Below are positions 8,314 through 16,640 of a stretch of DNA of 64,000 bases, piece by piece. Numbering within the stretch: position 1 is the stretch's first letter; each line of letters begins with the position of its first letter. A program made the translations under genes and the position numbers. Source of the stretch: a bacterium. Its GTDB lineage: Bacteria; Patescibacteriota; Saccharimonadia; Saccharimonadales; UBA4665. Under the pieces are notes generated by a model. That model was given only the letters and a program-made list of their open reading frames with translations, searched no databases and was not told the origin of the DNA. The stretch covers positions 158,834 to 222,833 of the forward strand of contig JAJZKN010000001.1 of NCBI GenBank assembly GCA_021850865.1. The letters are read 5' to 3'.

Positions 8314-10101
8314 TTAGTTCTTCGGTGTAATGTAACCCTCGTTAATCAGCATATGCACAATATCCGCAAACACAGGCTGGCCGCCGAAAGATCCTGCATA
8401 CCCCGGTATAGCCGGCTTAATGTTATAGACTACCACTAGATATTGTGGTTTGTTGCCCCCAACAAAGCCGATGTAGCTGCCATTAAAGATATTATTATAG
8501 TAGCCTCCGGTTGGCCTAGCTACCTGAGCGGTACCGGTCTTGCCGCCGACAATATAGTTACTCGGAAAGTTCATAAAGGAAAATCCGCCGTGTAGATATG
8601 CCTTAACTACGTTCTCCATCAAAGGAATCAGCTCCGGACCGACACTGGATTTAACAACATTGCGCTCAAGAACTTTCGGTCGGTTGACTTCTACTTTGCC
8701 GGTCGGAGTAATTAGTTCATTAACAAGTGTCGGTTGGTAATAGGTTCCTCCGTTGATCACGCTGCTGAGCGCCGCAACCAACTGGAGCGCAGTGATCGAT
8801 ACACCTTGACCGAAAGCCGTATTAGCGTAGCGTAAATTAATCGACGGATCATTTAGATTCGCCGGTGGAACATAACCACTAGCCTCGTAGCCCTGCTCGA
8901 TACCGGTCGGTTGACCGAGACGAAAATGATTTACCATATAGTTGTGCCAGATCTTAATACCATTACCGTTAATAACCGTGTTCCCCTTCTGGCTCATTTG
9001 CATCAGCATCCAGGTCGCTCCGGTATTCAGCGAGAGGGCCAGGATACTGGCGATATTCTGCTCTCTGGCCCCGCCGTCCTGTTTAATATCGGTGATATTA
9101 AAGCCGTTAATCACCCAATGTGCCGGGTCGTAGAAGGTTTCATTTGGCTTAATAGCTCCAATATTCAAAGCCGCTGAAGTAGTTAGGGTCTTCATAACCG
9201 ATCCAGGCTCTATGGGGTAATCGACCGCATTGTTATCAAACAAACGCGAATTGGTGACATTGGCATAGTTGGCCGGGTTATAGGTCGGATAATTAGCCAT
9301 AGCCTTAATGTGCCCGTTATACGGATTAATGACGATGGCGCTGAGACCCTGGGATTTGGTTGTCTTATAATCCCTGGCCAGTATTTGCTGAAGCTGCTGC
9401 TGAATACCAATATTCAACGTCAGTACAACATTGTCGCCGGGAACCGGTTGGATTTGGGTGTTCTGCCGGCTGGCTGCCAACGGCACACCGGTAACAGAAG
9501 TAATCGCCTTTAACATCCCTGGCTTGCCCGCTAATTGCGGGTTTAGCGCCTGTTCGAGTCCGTAATCCCCTATCCCCTGGTTATTCACAAAACCCAGGAC
9601 TTGCGCCGCCAAGTCACCATTTGGATAAACGCGGAAGTCCTGGCCCTGAGTACCCAATCCCGGGTCCTGCAACTTAGCTATAGCTTTACTCTGAGTCTGG
9701 GTTAATTTGTTGGCAATTACCGAGTATTGGGTACCTTTGATGCTAAGTGCATGAATATAACTCGAAGGGTTGCCGCCGATGATTTGGCTTATCTGTTTGG
9801 CTACTGTCTGGGGTTTTTTAATAAATGGAGGGTCGGCAAATAAAGTGTAAAGTCGCTGATTTAAGACAATCGGCACGATGTTGCCGCTTTCTTTCACTTC
9901 TATTAATCCTCGGGATGCCGGAATTTGGTACTGTTTAAGCTGATCGCTTAGTGCGGCTTGTGAATAGTGACCATAACGAATCACCTGCACGTAGAAAAGT
10001 CTTAGTGCGAAAATAATAATGACCGCAACTAGTAGTCCGCTCCATAATCTGATTCTGGCTATTGAAACAGAAGCCGGCAAAGGACCGGTTGGATTTGCCA
10101 T
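8314..10101 (-). CDS. ftsI: Penicillin-binding protein 2/3 class transpeptidase (FtsI-like)
   Basis: It has an N-terminal TM anchor and the transpeptidase motifs SxxK (GSVMKT), SxN (LSLNTG) and KTG (GGKTGTAQ). It sits in dcw position after ftsL. Confidence 0.9.
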   Translation of the reverse strand: MANPTGPLPASVSIARIRLWSGLLVAVIIIFALRLFYVQVIRYGHYSQAALSDQLKQYQIPASRGLIEVKESGNIVPIVLNQRLYTLFADPPFIKKPQTVAKQISQIIGGNPSSYIHALSIKGTQYSVIANKLTQTQSKAIAKLQDPGLGTQGQDFRVYPNGDLAAQVLGFVNNQGIGDYGLEQALNPQLAGKPGMLKAITSVTGVPLAASRQNTQIQPVPGDNVVLTLNIGIQQQLQQILARDYKTTKSQGLSAIVINPYNGHIKAMANYPTYNPANYANVTNSRLFDNNAVDYPIEPGSVMKTLTTSAALNIGAIKPNETFYDPAHWVINGFNITDIKQDGGAREQNIASILALSLNTGATWMLMQMSQKGNTVINGNGIKIWHNYMVNHFRLGQPTGIEQGYEASGYVPPANLNDPSINLRYANTAFGQGVSITALQLVAALSSVINGGTYYQPTLVNELITPTGKVEVNRPKVLERNVVKSSVGPELIPLMENVVKAYLHGGFSFMNFPSNYIVGGKTGTAQVARPTGGYYNNIFNGSYIGFVGGNKPQYLVVVYNIKPAIPGYAGSFGGQPVFADIVHMLINEGYITPKN

Positions 10102-10114
10102 AATTTAATTGTAG

Positions 10115-10462
10115 CTAATTTTGTGCCGTAGCTGAAGGAGAAAGCGGCACCATACTTTTAGCAACCGTACTGCTTTGCACCCGACTAATAGATTGCAGCT
10201 GAGCAGAGTTGACCTGTAAATCAGCGTACTGGCTTTTTAGTGAATTCTGTTGTTGTTGTAGCGCATTCAGATTAAAACCGTAGGCATTGGTTTTAGTTAC
10301 TTGGGCCAAATAAAATAACCCAAGCAAACAAGCCAGAACAATTAAAATAATTGTGTTGCTGATAGGGCCGAGCGTTCGAGCCCTGTTTTTAAAAGTAACT
10401 GAGTTGCGATTCCGTCCGGCGAACTGCGAACGGCTTAATGCAACGGAACTGGAATAAGTCAT
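10115..10462 (-). CDS. ftsL: FtsL/DivIC-like small bitopic division protein
   Basis: It is 115 aa with one TM (IILIVLACLLGLFYLAQV) followed by a Q/L-rich coiled coil. Its position between rsmH and ftsI is conserved. Confidence 0.6.
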   Translation of the reverse strand: MTYSSSVALSRSQFAGRNRNSVTFKNRARTLGPISNTIILIVLACLLGLFYLAQVTKTNAYGFNLNALQQQQNSLKSQYADLQVNSAQLQSISRVQSSTVAKSMVPLSPSATAQN

Positions 10463-10597
10463 TTTGTTTTCTCCTTTTTATCCAGCCCTGCCCTTCACGG
10501 ACAGAGCTGGGCTTTCGGCCGCTAAACTACACGGACGTGTATTTTATAGGCCCGGGAGTTGCTTTTTACCTGAATCGGCATCGGCATTTCCCTTTCT

Positions 10598-11485
10598 TTA
10601 TTTTTGTTTCACTGCGACCCGTAGCTTAGCGCTGCGGGCGCGCGGATTATGGACTAATTCTAGAGGTCCCGGCAACAGTGGATGTTTGATCGGTAATCGA
10701 AGGGATGCATCGTATCTATCCCCCGATTCACCGACCATAAATTTCTTAACCACCCTGTCTTCCAGGCTATGAAAGCTTATAACCGCCAATCTCCCTCCGG
10801 GAGACAACAGTTTAAGCCAAATGGGTAAGGCTTTTTCCAGCTGACCCAATTCGTCGTTAACGGCGATTCTAATTGCCTGAAAGGTTCTAGTTGCCGGATG
10901 AGACCTGCTGTACGAACGCCAGACTTGCTTAGCGATTGCCGCCAGCTCCGTCGTCGTATTGATTGGACGTTCTTTAGCGATTAGCCGAGCTATTTGCCTG
11001 GCTTTCGGTTCTTCACCGTAATGCCATAGTAAATCAGCCAAATCTGCTTCACTGGACTTATTAAGCACGTCCCAGGCAGTAATTTCCTGGTTTTGATCCA
11101 TGCGCATATCCAACGGTCCGTCGTCAATAAAGCTAAAACCTCTATTAACCTCGTTAAGGTGCGGTGACGATACTCCTAGATCTGCCACAATAATATCGAA
11201 CTGCTGGTTGTTTTTTAGCAATTCGCTGCAAGCACCCAGATAGTCCTGATGAACCAGTACTATATTGCTTTGCTTGAATTTTCTACTCAGTTCCTTAATG
11301 GCTTCTGCGTCTCGATCGACCAAAACAGATCCAGTGTAATTCTTGGTTCTGCTAAGGATCGCTTCGGCGTGTCCGCCATATCCGGCCGTTACGTCCAGGT
11401 ACCTCTCCCCCTCTTTAGGGTCGACATACTCTAAAATTTCGGCCAATAGAACCGGTATATGTTTATTGTGAGGATTTTGGTGCAT
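10598..11485 (-). CDS. rsmH: 16S rRNA (cytosine1402-N4)-methyltransferase
   Basis: It has the motifs HIPVLLAEILEY, ADLGVSSPHLNE and SFHSLEDR. Confidence 0.93.
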   Translation of the reverse strand: MHQNPHNKHIPVLLAEILEYVDPKEGERYLDVTAGYGGHAEAILSRTKNYTGSVLVDRDAEAIKELSRKFKQSNIVLVHQDYLGACSELLKNNQQFDIIVADLGVSSPHLNEVNRGFSFIDDGPLDMRMDQNQEITAWDVLNKSSEADLADLLWHYGEEPKARQIARLIAKERPINTTTELAAIAKQVWRSYSRSHPATRTFQAIRIAVNDELGQLEKALPIWLKLLSPGGRLAVISFHSLEDRVVKKFMVGESGDRYDASLRLPIKHPLLPGPLELVHNPRARSAKLRVAVKQK

Positions 11486-11818
11486 TTTCTTGTTTTTGTT
11501 TTTGCAAGGTCACCTATTCAGCAGCCAACTTTTTATTTTAGTAAGTTTTTGTTTTTGTAGATCACGCATAGCGTGTATGTAAAGAAGGATTTATAGATTT
11601 TGAAAAAATCTTAGAACTTCTTACCGCTAAGCATGAAAAGTTGAGAGACTTATGTGTGAGGTGGAGTTTTGGGAGGTGTTTTTGAGAAAAGAACAAGAAC
11701 ATTTTATAGTGGTGCCCTATGATCCACTTGTTGACTGCCGAATAGCTGACCTCGAGGTTATTATTCGACGTTTGCTCTGCTTATCTATCCTGGTTGTTAA
11801 AGAACTCTCAGCCAAAAT

Positions 11819-12181
11819 TTATGGTCTAGCTGTCAGTCGCCAGTATCGGCCGGCCCGCACTGCAATCAGGTCTTTTTTAATTCCTGCGTAGTCCAGTAAA
11901 TGCTGCTCGAGGAGTACTCTTCCTTGTTTTGCATCTAGCGGACTCTCTATTTTCCCCATCCTGAACTGGACGTTCAGATCGCCTGTCGCTTCATTGAGGA
12001 TATCCCCCTTGAGCGCCGGTTCGACTTCTTCGTCCCAGACCTTTTTAGAGTAGAGGTGCAGATATTTTTTAAAACCTCTGGTAACAACAACGCCACTCGC
12101 CAATTCGGCTCGCAGTTCAGTCGGTATGGTTAACCGCTTTTTGTCGTCGAGCTTTCGTTCGAAGTAGTCTATTGTTGCCAT
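11819..12181 (-). CDS. mraZ: Transcriptional regulator MraZ
   Basis: It has two SpoVT/AbrB-like repeats (LDDKKRLTIPTELRAEL and LDAKQGRVLLEQHLLDYAG). It is the first gene of the dcw cluster. Confidence 0.88.
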   Translation of the reverse strand: MATIDYFERKLDDKKRLTIPTELRAELASGVVVTRGFKKYLHLYSKKVWDEEVEPALKGDILNEATGDLNVQFRMGKIESPLDAKQGRVLLEQHLLDYAGIKKDLIAVRAGRYWRLTARP

Positions 12182-12262
12182 CCCTTTTAGTGCTAATTAG
12201 TGGTTTTTATTTTTGATGTCCAGCCGCTATTTTGCCGGTTAAACATTTTAGCCACTACTGTG

Positions 12263-12297
12263 AATATACTACCCACCTTAACCCACTGCAACCCATT
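12263..12297 (-). promoter_or_regulatory. mraZ promoter with three MraZ-box direct repeats
   Basis: On the minus strand the promoter is TTGCAG (12291-12286), 17 nt, TATATT (12268-12263). GTGGG/GTGGG/ATGGG boxes (plus-strand CCCAC at 12272-12276 and 12282-12286, CCCAT at 12292-12296) occur at an exact 10-bp period and overlap the promoter. Confidence 0.55.
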
Positions 12298-12303
12298 TTT
12301 AAT

Positions 12304-12329
12304 AAAAAAAGTGGTGTTTTTGACACCAC
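12304..12329 (-). terminator. Rho-independent terminator of the 12395-12877 gene
   Basis: A perfect 7-bp stem GTGGTGT/ACACCAC (12311-12317 and 12323-12329) has a 5-nt loop. On the minus strand it is followed by a T7 run (plus-strand A run 12304-12310). Confidence 0.6.
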
Positions 12330-12394
12330 TTTAGCAGTATTGTCTAATTAACTTCTTATTTTCCGAGGATAACAAGCTTCCCCTATGGAGATTA

Positions 12395-12877
12395 TTACTT
12401 ACCTGGATGACTTTTCATTGACTGCAGGGCTTGCTTGGATACGCCGGGCATTGGAACATAAATGGTTTGACCGTTTTGAACGACCGTCGATCCCCCGTTT
12501 TCTTTAGTCAAGTAATTAGTCTCTGCATAGATCGTCGCTTGATTTGGATTTAGCCCGTACTCATCGAATGCTTTATCCATAGCACCTACCAAGCTCGAAG
12601 CATCGCTGCCTCCGTTGCCACTAGTTATTTCCACCGGAACTACAGGGTCATTTTTTAACTGTTCTCTCGAAGGACTGCTTGGCGGCCAAGCGCCCCAGGT
12701 TAAGGCAGCCGCGGCTGCAATAGCACCCAAAACGTTGGTTAGTGTCTTTTTTCTCGGTGATTGCTCCTTGCGGCGTGCTGATGGTCCGGATAAGTTCTCC
12801 CAAGCCTGACGATTACTAACACTACTATTTCTTGAGGGTCTTGAGGGTCTTGAGGGTCTTGCTGTTTCGTGATTCAT
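12395..12877 (-). CDS. Hypothetical membrane-anchored secreted protein with N-terminal (RPS)3 repeat
   Basis: It is 160 aa with a basic N-terminal tail ARPSRPSRPSR, one TM (LGAIAAAAALTWGAW) and a small extracytoplasmic domain ending VQNGQTIYVPMPG. It has its own promoter and terminator. Confidence 0.65.
   Translation of the reverse strand: MNHETARPSRPSRPSRNSSVSNRQAWENLSGPSARRKEQSPRKKTLTNVLGAIAAAAALTWGAWPPSSPSREQLKNDPVVPVEITSGNGGSDASSLVGAMDKAFDEYGLNPNQATIYAETNYLTKENGGSTVVQNGQTIYVPMPGVSKQALQSMKSHPGK
12831..12861. repeat. 9-bp tandem repeat CTTGAGGGT x3.4 (in frame, encodes RPS repeats)
   Basis: Read directly: cttgagggt at 12831, 12840 and 12849, plus a partial copy. Confidence 0.9.
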
Positions 12878-12883
12878 AGTGGT

Positions 12884-12912
12884 ATATTATCACTAATGCT
12901 TAGTTTTGTCAA
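12884..12912 (-). promoter_or_regulatory. Consensus promoter giving an apparently leaderless mRNA
   Basis: On the minus strand: TTGACA (12912-12907), 17 nt, TAATAT (12889-12884). Only 6 nt (ACCACT) separate the -10 from the ATG at 12877. Confidence 0.5.
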
Positions 12913-13207
12913 TTGCTGCTAGTTGGTATTCTCTTCGGTATTTACCTGTTATCGAATTATTCATACTAACCAATTTTACTAACTGTCAAAATTAACACTA
13001 ATTAGCATACGGTCTTTAGTCATACTTACCGAACGTACATCAATTATTTAAAATGGGCTCATTTGTTTACGGACGTCGCTAGCACGAGCGTTAAAATCAA
13101 AACGTATCAAGGTTTTCCGGCTTCTATTTTATAAAGTAAAGATCAATACCTGTTATTCCTCTTAGCCACTCCTTATATTGTAATCACTAACTAAATGGAT
13201 AATTTTT

Positions 13208-14593
13208 TTATTCATTTAGTAGTTGCTTTTTTAGCGTTTCGATTTGGCGTAAGCTTAGGGCGGTTGTTAGATTTATTAGTCGCTTACTAAGTCCCGCCCT
13301 TAAGAGCGCTTTGGCATCGTTTTCCCGGGAGATAATTGAGGAGTTTTTTTGGTGTAAAGTTAGTCCGGCTGGCGCTCTCCTTAGCGTAGCGTCAAATTTA
13401 TAGACAACCGGATCCAGTAGCAACGACCGGGTATTAATACCCAATAGATACAGTCCTTCATAACTTTTTAGCCGGGATAGGGCCACATAACCCATGCCGT
13501 AAGTAAAACTTCTCCTTAAGTCAATTAACGCATTGTCTAAGCTCATTCCCTGGCACTTATGTATTGTGATCGCCCAGGCCAGTTTTAGCGGCAATTGTTC
13601 GAATTTGGCTAGAACTTGATTATCCTGAATAAAAGTCCAGCTGCGGGCCTCAACCTTTATACTAAGACCGTCGTCAGTTAATACCACCGGCAGACCGGAC
13701 TTAAAGTTAATAACTTTTCCTTGGGTCCCATTGACGAAACCTCTACTCGGCTCGTTTGCCACAAACATCACTCTCGCCCCGACTTTCAGGCGTAAATCTA
13801 GTGGCGCCAGAACCGATTTAGTCAGGCCGTCGACAGCCTCCGGCGCGCCCGAAAAACACCCGGTATATAGGTGTTGTGGCTCTTTGATTTGATCCAACCT
13901 AAGCATATTGAGCCGGTTAACGTCACTATTGTGAGTTAATAGCATCGTCACCTCTTTGTTGCCAACATTAACGTGTGGCAGTTGGCGTTCGAGCAGATAA
14001 CCCAGGTGATTTTTGGAAAAACTTCTGTCTCTCAATGCCCTGAGCACTTCATATAAACGGTCGTCGGTTTGCCGGTACTGCTCGCTCAGATAACAAACTT
14101 CAAAGTTAAGTTCCCGCCATGACTTTGAGCTAAATGCATACTGTGTTGTATCGTCGCCTACCGGTGGTAATTGGAAAAAATCTCCTGAAACAATCACCTG
14201 TAGGCCGCCAAAGGTCCGGGGATCAACCCTGACCGTTTTTAGAATTAGATTCAGCCGGTCCAGCTGGTCTGCCGAAAACATAGATATTTCATCAATAATT
14301 AATATATTTGCTGTCCGAATTCGAGAGACGGCCGATGGATTATCAATCAGTCTCGCGAGAATTGCGCTCTGTTGGAGCCCAGTCAGACCCATTCCCGACC
14401 AGGAGTGAATAGTAACGCCACCTAACAGATTCGCCGCAATACCGGTAGTTGCCGTCAATGCCACTTTCTTAGATTCCTTACTGGATAAAGAAACAAACTG
14501 CTCGATAACATAACTCTTACCCGATCCGGGCGGACCGGTCAAAAAGACGTTTTTCCCACCCCGCATAACCAGTAACGCCTGGGCTTGAGTCAC
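13208..14593 (-). CDS. Pif1/RecD-family SF1B DNA helicase with C-terminal HTH-like tail
   Basis: It has Walker A GPPGSGKS, Walker B IIDEISM, GDFFQLPPV and AITIHKCQGMSLD. The C-terminus resembles the HTH tail seen on bacterial Pif1-like proteins. Confidence 0.85.
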   Translation of the reverse strand: MTQAQALLVMRGGKNVFLTGPPGSGKSYVIEQFVSLSSKESKKVALTATTGIAANLLGGVTIHSWSGMGLTGLQQSAILARLIDNPSAVSRIRTANILIIDEISMFSADQLDRLNLILKTVRVDPRTFGGLQVIVSGDFFQLPPVGDDTTQYAFSSKSWRELNFEVCYLSEQYRQTDDRLYEVLRALRDRSFSKNHLGYLLERQLPHVNVGNKEVTMLLTHNSDVNRLNMLRLDQIKEPQHLYTGCFSGAPEAVDGLTKSVLAPLDLRLKVGARVMFVANEPSRGFVNGTQGKVINFKSGLPVVLTDDGLSIKVEARSWTFIQDNQVLAKFEQLPLKLAWAITIHKCQGMSLDNALIDLRRSFTYGMGYVALSRLKSYEGLYLLGINTRSLLLDPVVYKFDATLRRAPAGLTLHQKNSSIISRENDAKALLRAGLSKRLINLTTALSLRQIETLKKQLLNE

Positions 14594-14642
14594 ATTATCT
14601 ACCCGTTTACCTATTAGTATTAGCGGCGGGTAATTATATCAC

Positions 14643-15233
14643 CTATCTAGCTGGGCTGCCGCTTCGTTTGGCGTGACGGCGCTTCTGGTGATAGTCTTTA
14701 TATGCCAATTGGCTCCTTAGCTGATCAATCCGGATAATATATTTGTCCCAAGGCTTCAGTAGACTCGAGTATTGCCAGTTGGGTGTCATAACTTGCGCTA
14801 ACTTATGTTTTTCCGCCAGGTATTCGATCAAGCTGACAAAATCTCCGTCCCCGGACACAATAATTGCCCGGTCATAGTTCGGTAATTCCTTCATGGCATA
14901 AAGTACAAGGTCGGCATCAATATTGCCTTTAACGGTCATCTTAGGCTCATCGTCCGTTTTCGTGGCATCGGTTGTGGCTGTAGCCACGTCTACGGTCGGC
15001 TTTAAGGCAACTAGATAACCAAGTTCGTGCATATGCTCGTAAAGCGCTTCGTTGCCTGCCATGTAGCCGATAAATAAAAATGCCTTGGTGACGTTATAGT
15101 TATCTTTTAAGTATGCGCGAAAGGCACGCCAGTCCATTTTCCAACCAACTTTTTGGACCCCTAAGTTAAGATTCTGGCTATCGATGAACGCATAAACCTG
15201 ACTTCGCTTTGATCGCCGCTTCAACACGCTCAT
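14643..15233 (-). CDS. NYN-domain (LabA-like, PIN-fold) putative ribonuclease
   Basis: It has the acidic motifs FIDSQNLNLG, GNIDADLV and IIVSGDGDFVSL, plus a basic C-terminal tail. Its start overlaps the glyQS stop by 4 nt. Confidence 0.8.
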   Translation of the reverse strand: MSVLKRRSKRSQVYAFIDSQNLNLGVQKVGWKMDWRAFRAYLKDNYNVTKAFLFIGYMAGNEALYEHMHELGYLVALKPTVDVATATTDATKTDDEPKMTVKGNIDADLVLYAMKELPNYDRAIIVSGDGDFVSLIEYLAEKHKLAQVMTPNWQYSSLLKPWDKYIIRIDQLRSQLAYKDYHQKRRHAKRSGSPAR

Positions 15234-16582
15234 CGCTTAAGTCCCTCCTTAATCGTCGATATAAGCTGACCGGCGGCAATCCGCTCTTGCTTCGTCGTGT
15301 CCCGATCTCTTAGGGTTACAGACTGGTCTGTTAGGCTCTGAAAATCAATCGTTACACAAAACGGCGTACCAATTTCATCCTGACGGCGGTAGCGCTTGCC
15401 TATATTGCCGTTGTCATCCCACATCACCATACCGAATTCCTGTTTCAGTTCCGCATAAAGCTTTTTGGCGAACGCCACCAGTTCAGGCTTATTCTTTAAT
15501 AGTGGACTGACTGCCAGCTTATACGGTGCCAAAACCGGCTTTAATTTTAGTACAGTCCTGGTTTCCTGGTTCACACTTTCCTCACAATAGGCGTCACACA
15601 GTACAGCCAACAGCATTCTACCAACGCCAACAGAAGATTCGATAACATAAGGAACAAATCGTTCTCCATTAGTCTCGTCCAAATAACTCAAGTCCTTGCC
15701 ACTCGACTTCATGTGACTGGATAGATCATAGTCTGTCCGATTGTGGGTACCCCACAGCTCTTTGGGACCTTGCGGAAACTTGAAATAGATATCGACGGCC
15801 GCTTTGGCATAATGCGCCTTCTCGTTGGCGTCGTGTTCGTGCCACGACAAGCTGGATTCTTTAATACCGAGCTCTGTGGTAAGAAAACGCCAGGCAAACT
15901 GTCGCCAGCTTTCATATGCCTCTTCTTGAGAATCGGGCTTAATGAAATACTGCATCTCCATCTGCTCCAGCTCGCGTACCCGGAAAATAAAATCCCGGGG
16001 TGAAATTTCATTACGGAAAGCTTTGCCGATCTGGGCTATCCCGAAGGGTAATTTAGCCCGCATCGTCTCTTTAACGTTTAAATAGTTGATGAACATGGCG
16101 CCGGCAGTTTCTGGTCTTAAATAAGCAATAGCCGCGTCGTCTTCAACCGGACCGACCCAAGTACGCATCATCATATTGAAATAACGCGGTTCACTCAATT
16201 GGTTACCGTCCGGCGACCTCTTATCCTTAAGAAGGCTCTTCAGTTCTTTTAAATCAGTCGTATCAACTCCTGCTAGATGGTCCGCTCGGTAGCGCTTGTG
16301 GGTTAACACATCTTCAACCATAGGGTCAGTAAAGCCGGCCAGGTGGCCGCTAGCCTCCCACAGTTGAGGGTTCTGAATAATCGCCCCGTCAATGCCGAAA
16401 ATATTGTCGTGGTCCTTAACCATTGCCCGCCACCACGAATTTTTCAGGTTGTTAATCAGCTCGACGCCCAGCGGACCGTAATCATAAAAACCGGCCAGTC
16501 CGCCGTAAATTTCGCTCGATTGAAAAACAAAACCGCGTCGTTTCGATAAACTGACAATTTCATCCATACTTGTTGATTTCAT
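15230..16582 (-). CDS. glyQS: Glycine--tRNA ligase (dimeric class II type)
   Basis: It has RGFVFQSSEIYGG, class II motifs (FRNEISPRDFIFRVREL), a C-terminal anticodon-binding domain, and the expected 450 aa. Confidence 0.93.
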   Translation of the reverse strand: MKSTSMDEIVSLSKRRGFVFQSSEIYGGLAGFYDYGPLGVELINNLKNSWWRAMVKDHDNIFGIDGAIIQNPQLWEASGHLAGFTDPMVEDVLTHKRYRADHLAGVDTTDLKELKSLLKDKRSPDGNQLSEPRYFNMMMRTWVGPVEDDAAIAYLRPETAGAMFINYLNVKETMRAKLPFGIAQIGKAFRNEISPRDFIFRVRELEQMEMQYFIKPDSQEEAYESWRQFAWRFLTTELGIKESSLSWHEHDANEKAHYAKAAVDIYFKFPQGPKELWGTHNRTDYDLSSHMKSSGKDLSYLDETNGERFVPYVIESSVGVGRMLLAVLCDAYCEESVNQETRTVLKLKPVLAPYKLAVSPLLKNKPELVAFAKKLYAELKQEFGMVMWDDNGNIGKRYRRQDEIGTPFCVTIDFQSLTDQSVTLRDRDTTKQERIAAGQLISTIKEGLKR

Positions 16583-16640
16583 TCTGCTACTTGGTCCTTC
16601 AGCCTACGGCTAGGATTATACCTAGTTTTCGCCGTTTTCA

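Noticed and set aside
11652-11891. A 79-aa plus-strand ORF in the mraZ-rsmH spacer.
   Set aside because: Its 3' end overlaps mraZ on the opposite strand. It has no SD or promoter, an odd composition, and no recognisable domain.
12395-15233. Possible mobile or defence island between glyQS and mraZ, comprising the NYN nuclease, the Pif1 helicase and the orphan exported protein.
   Set aside because: I saw no integrase, transposase, flanking direct repeats, tRNA target or compositional break. The NYN gene is translationally coupled to glyQS. It is kept only as a low-interest finding.
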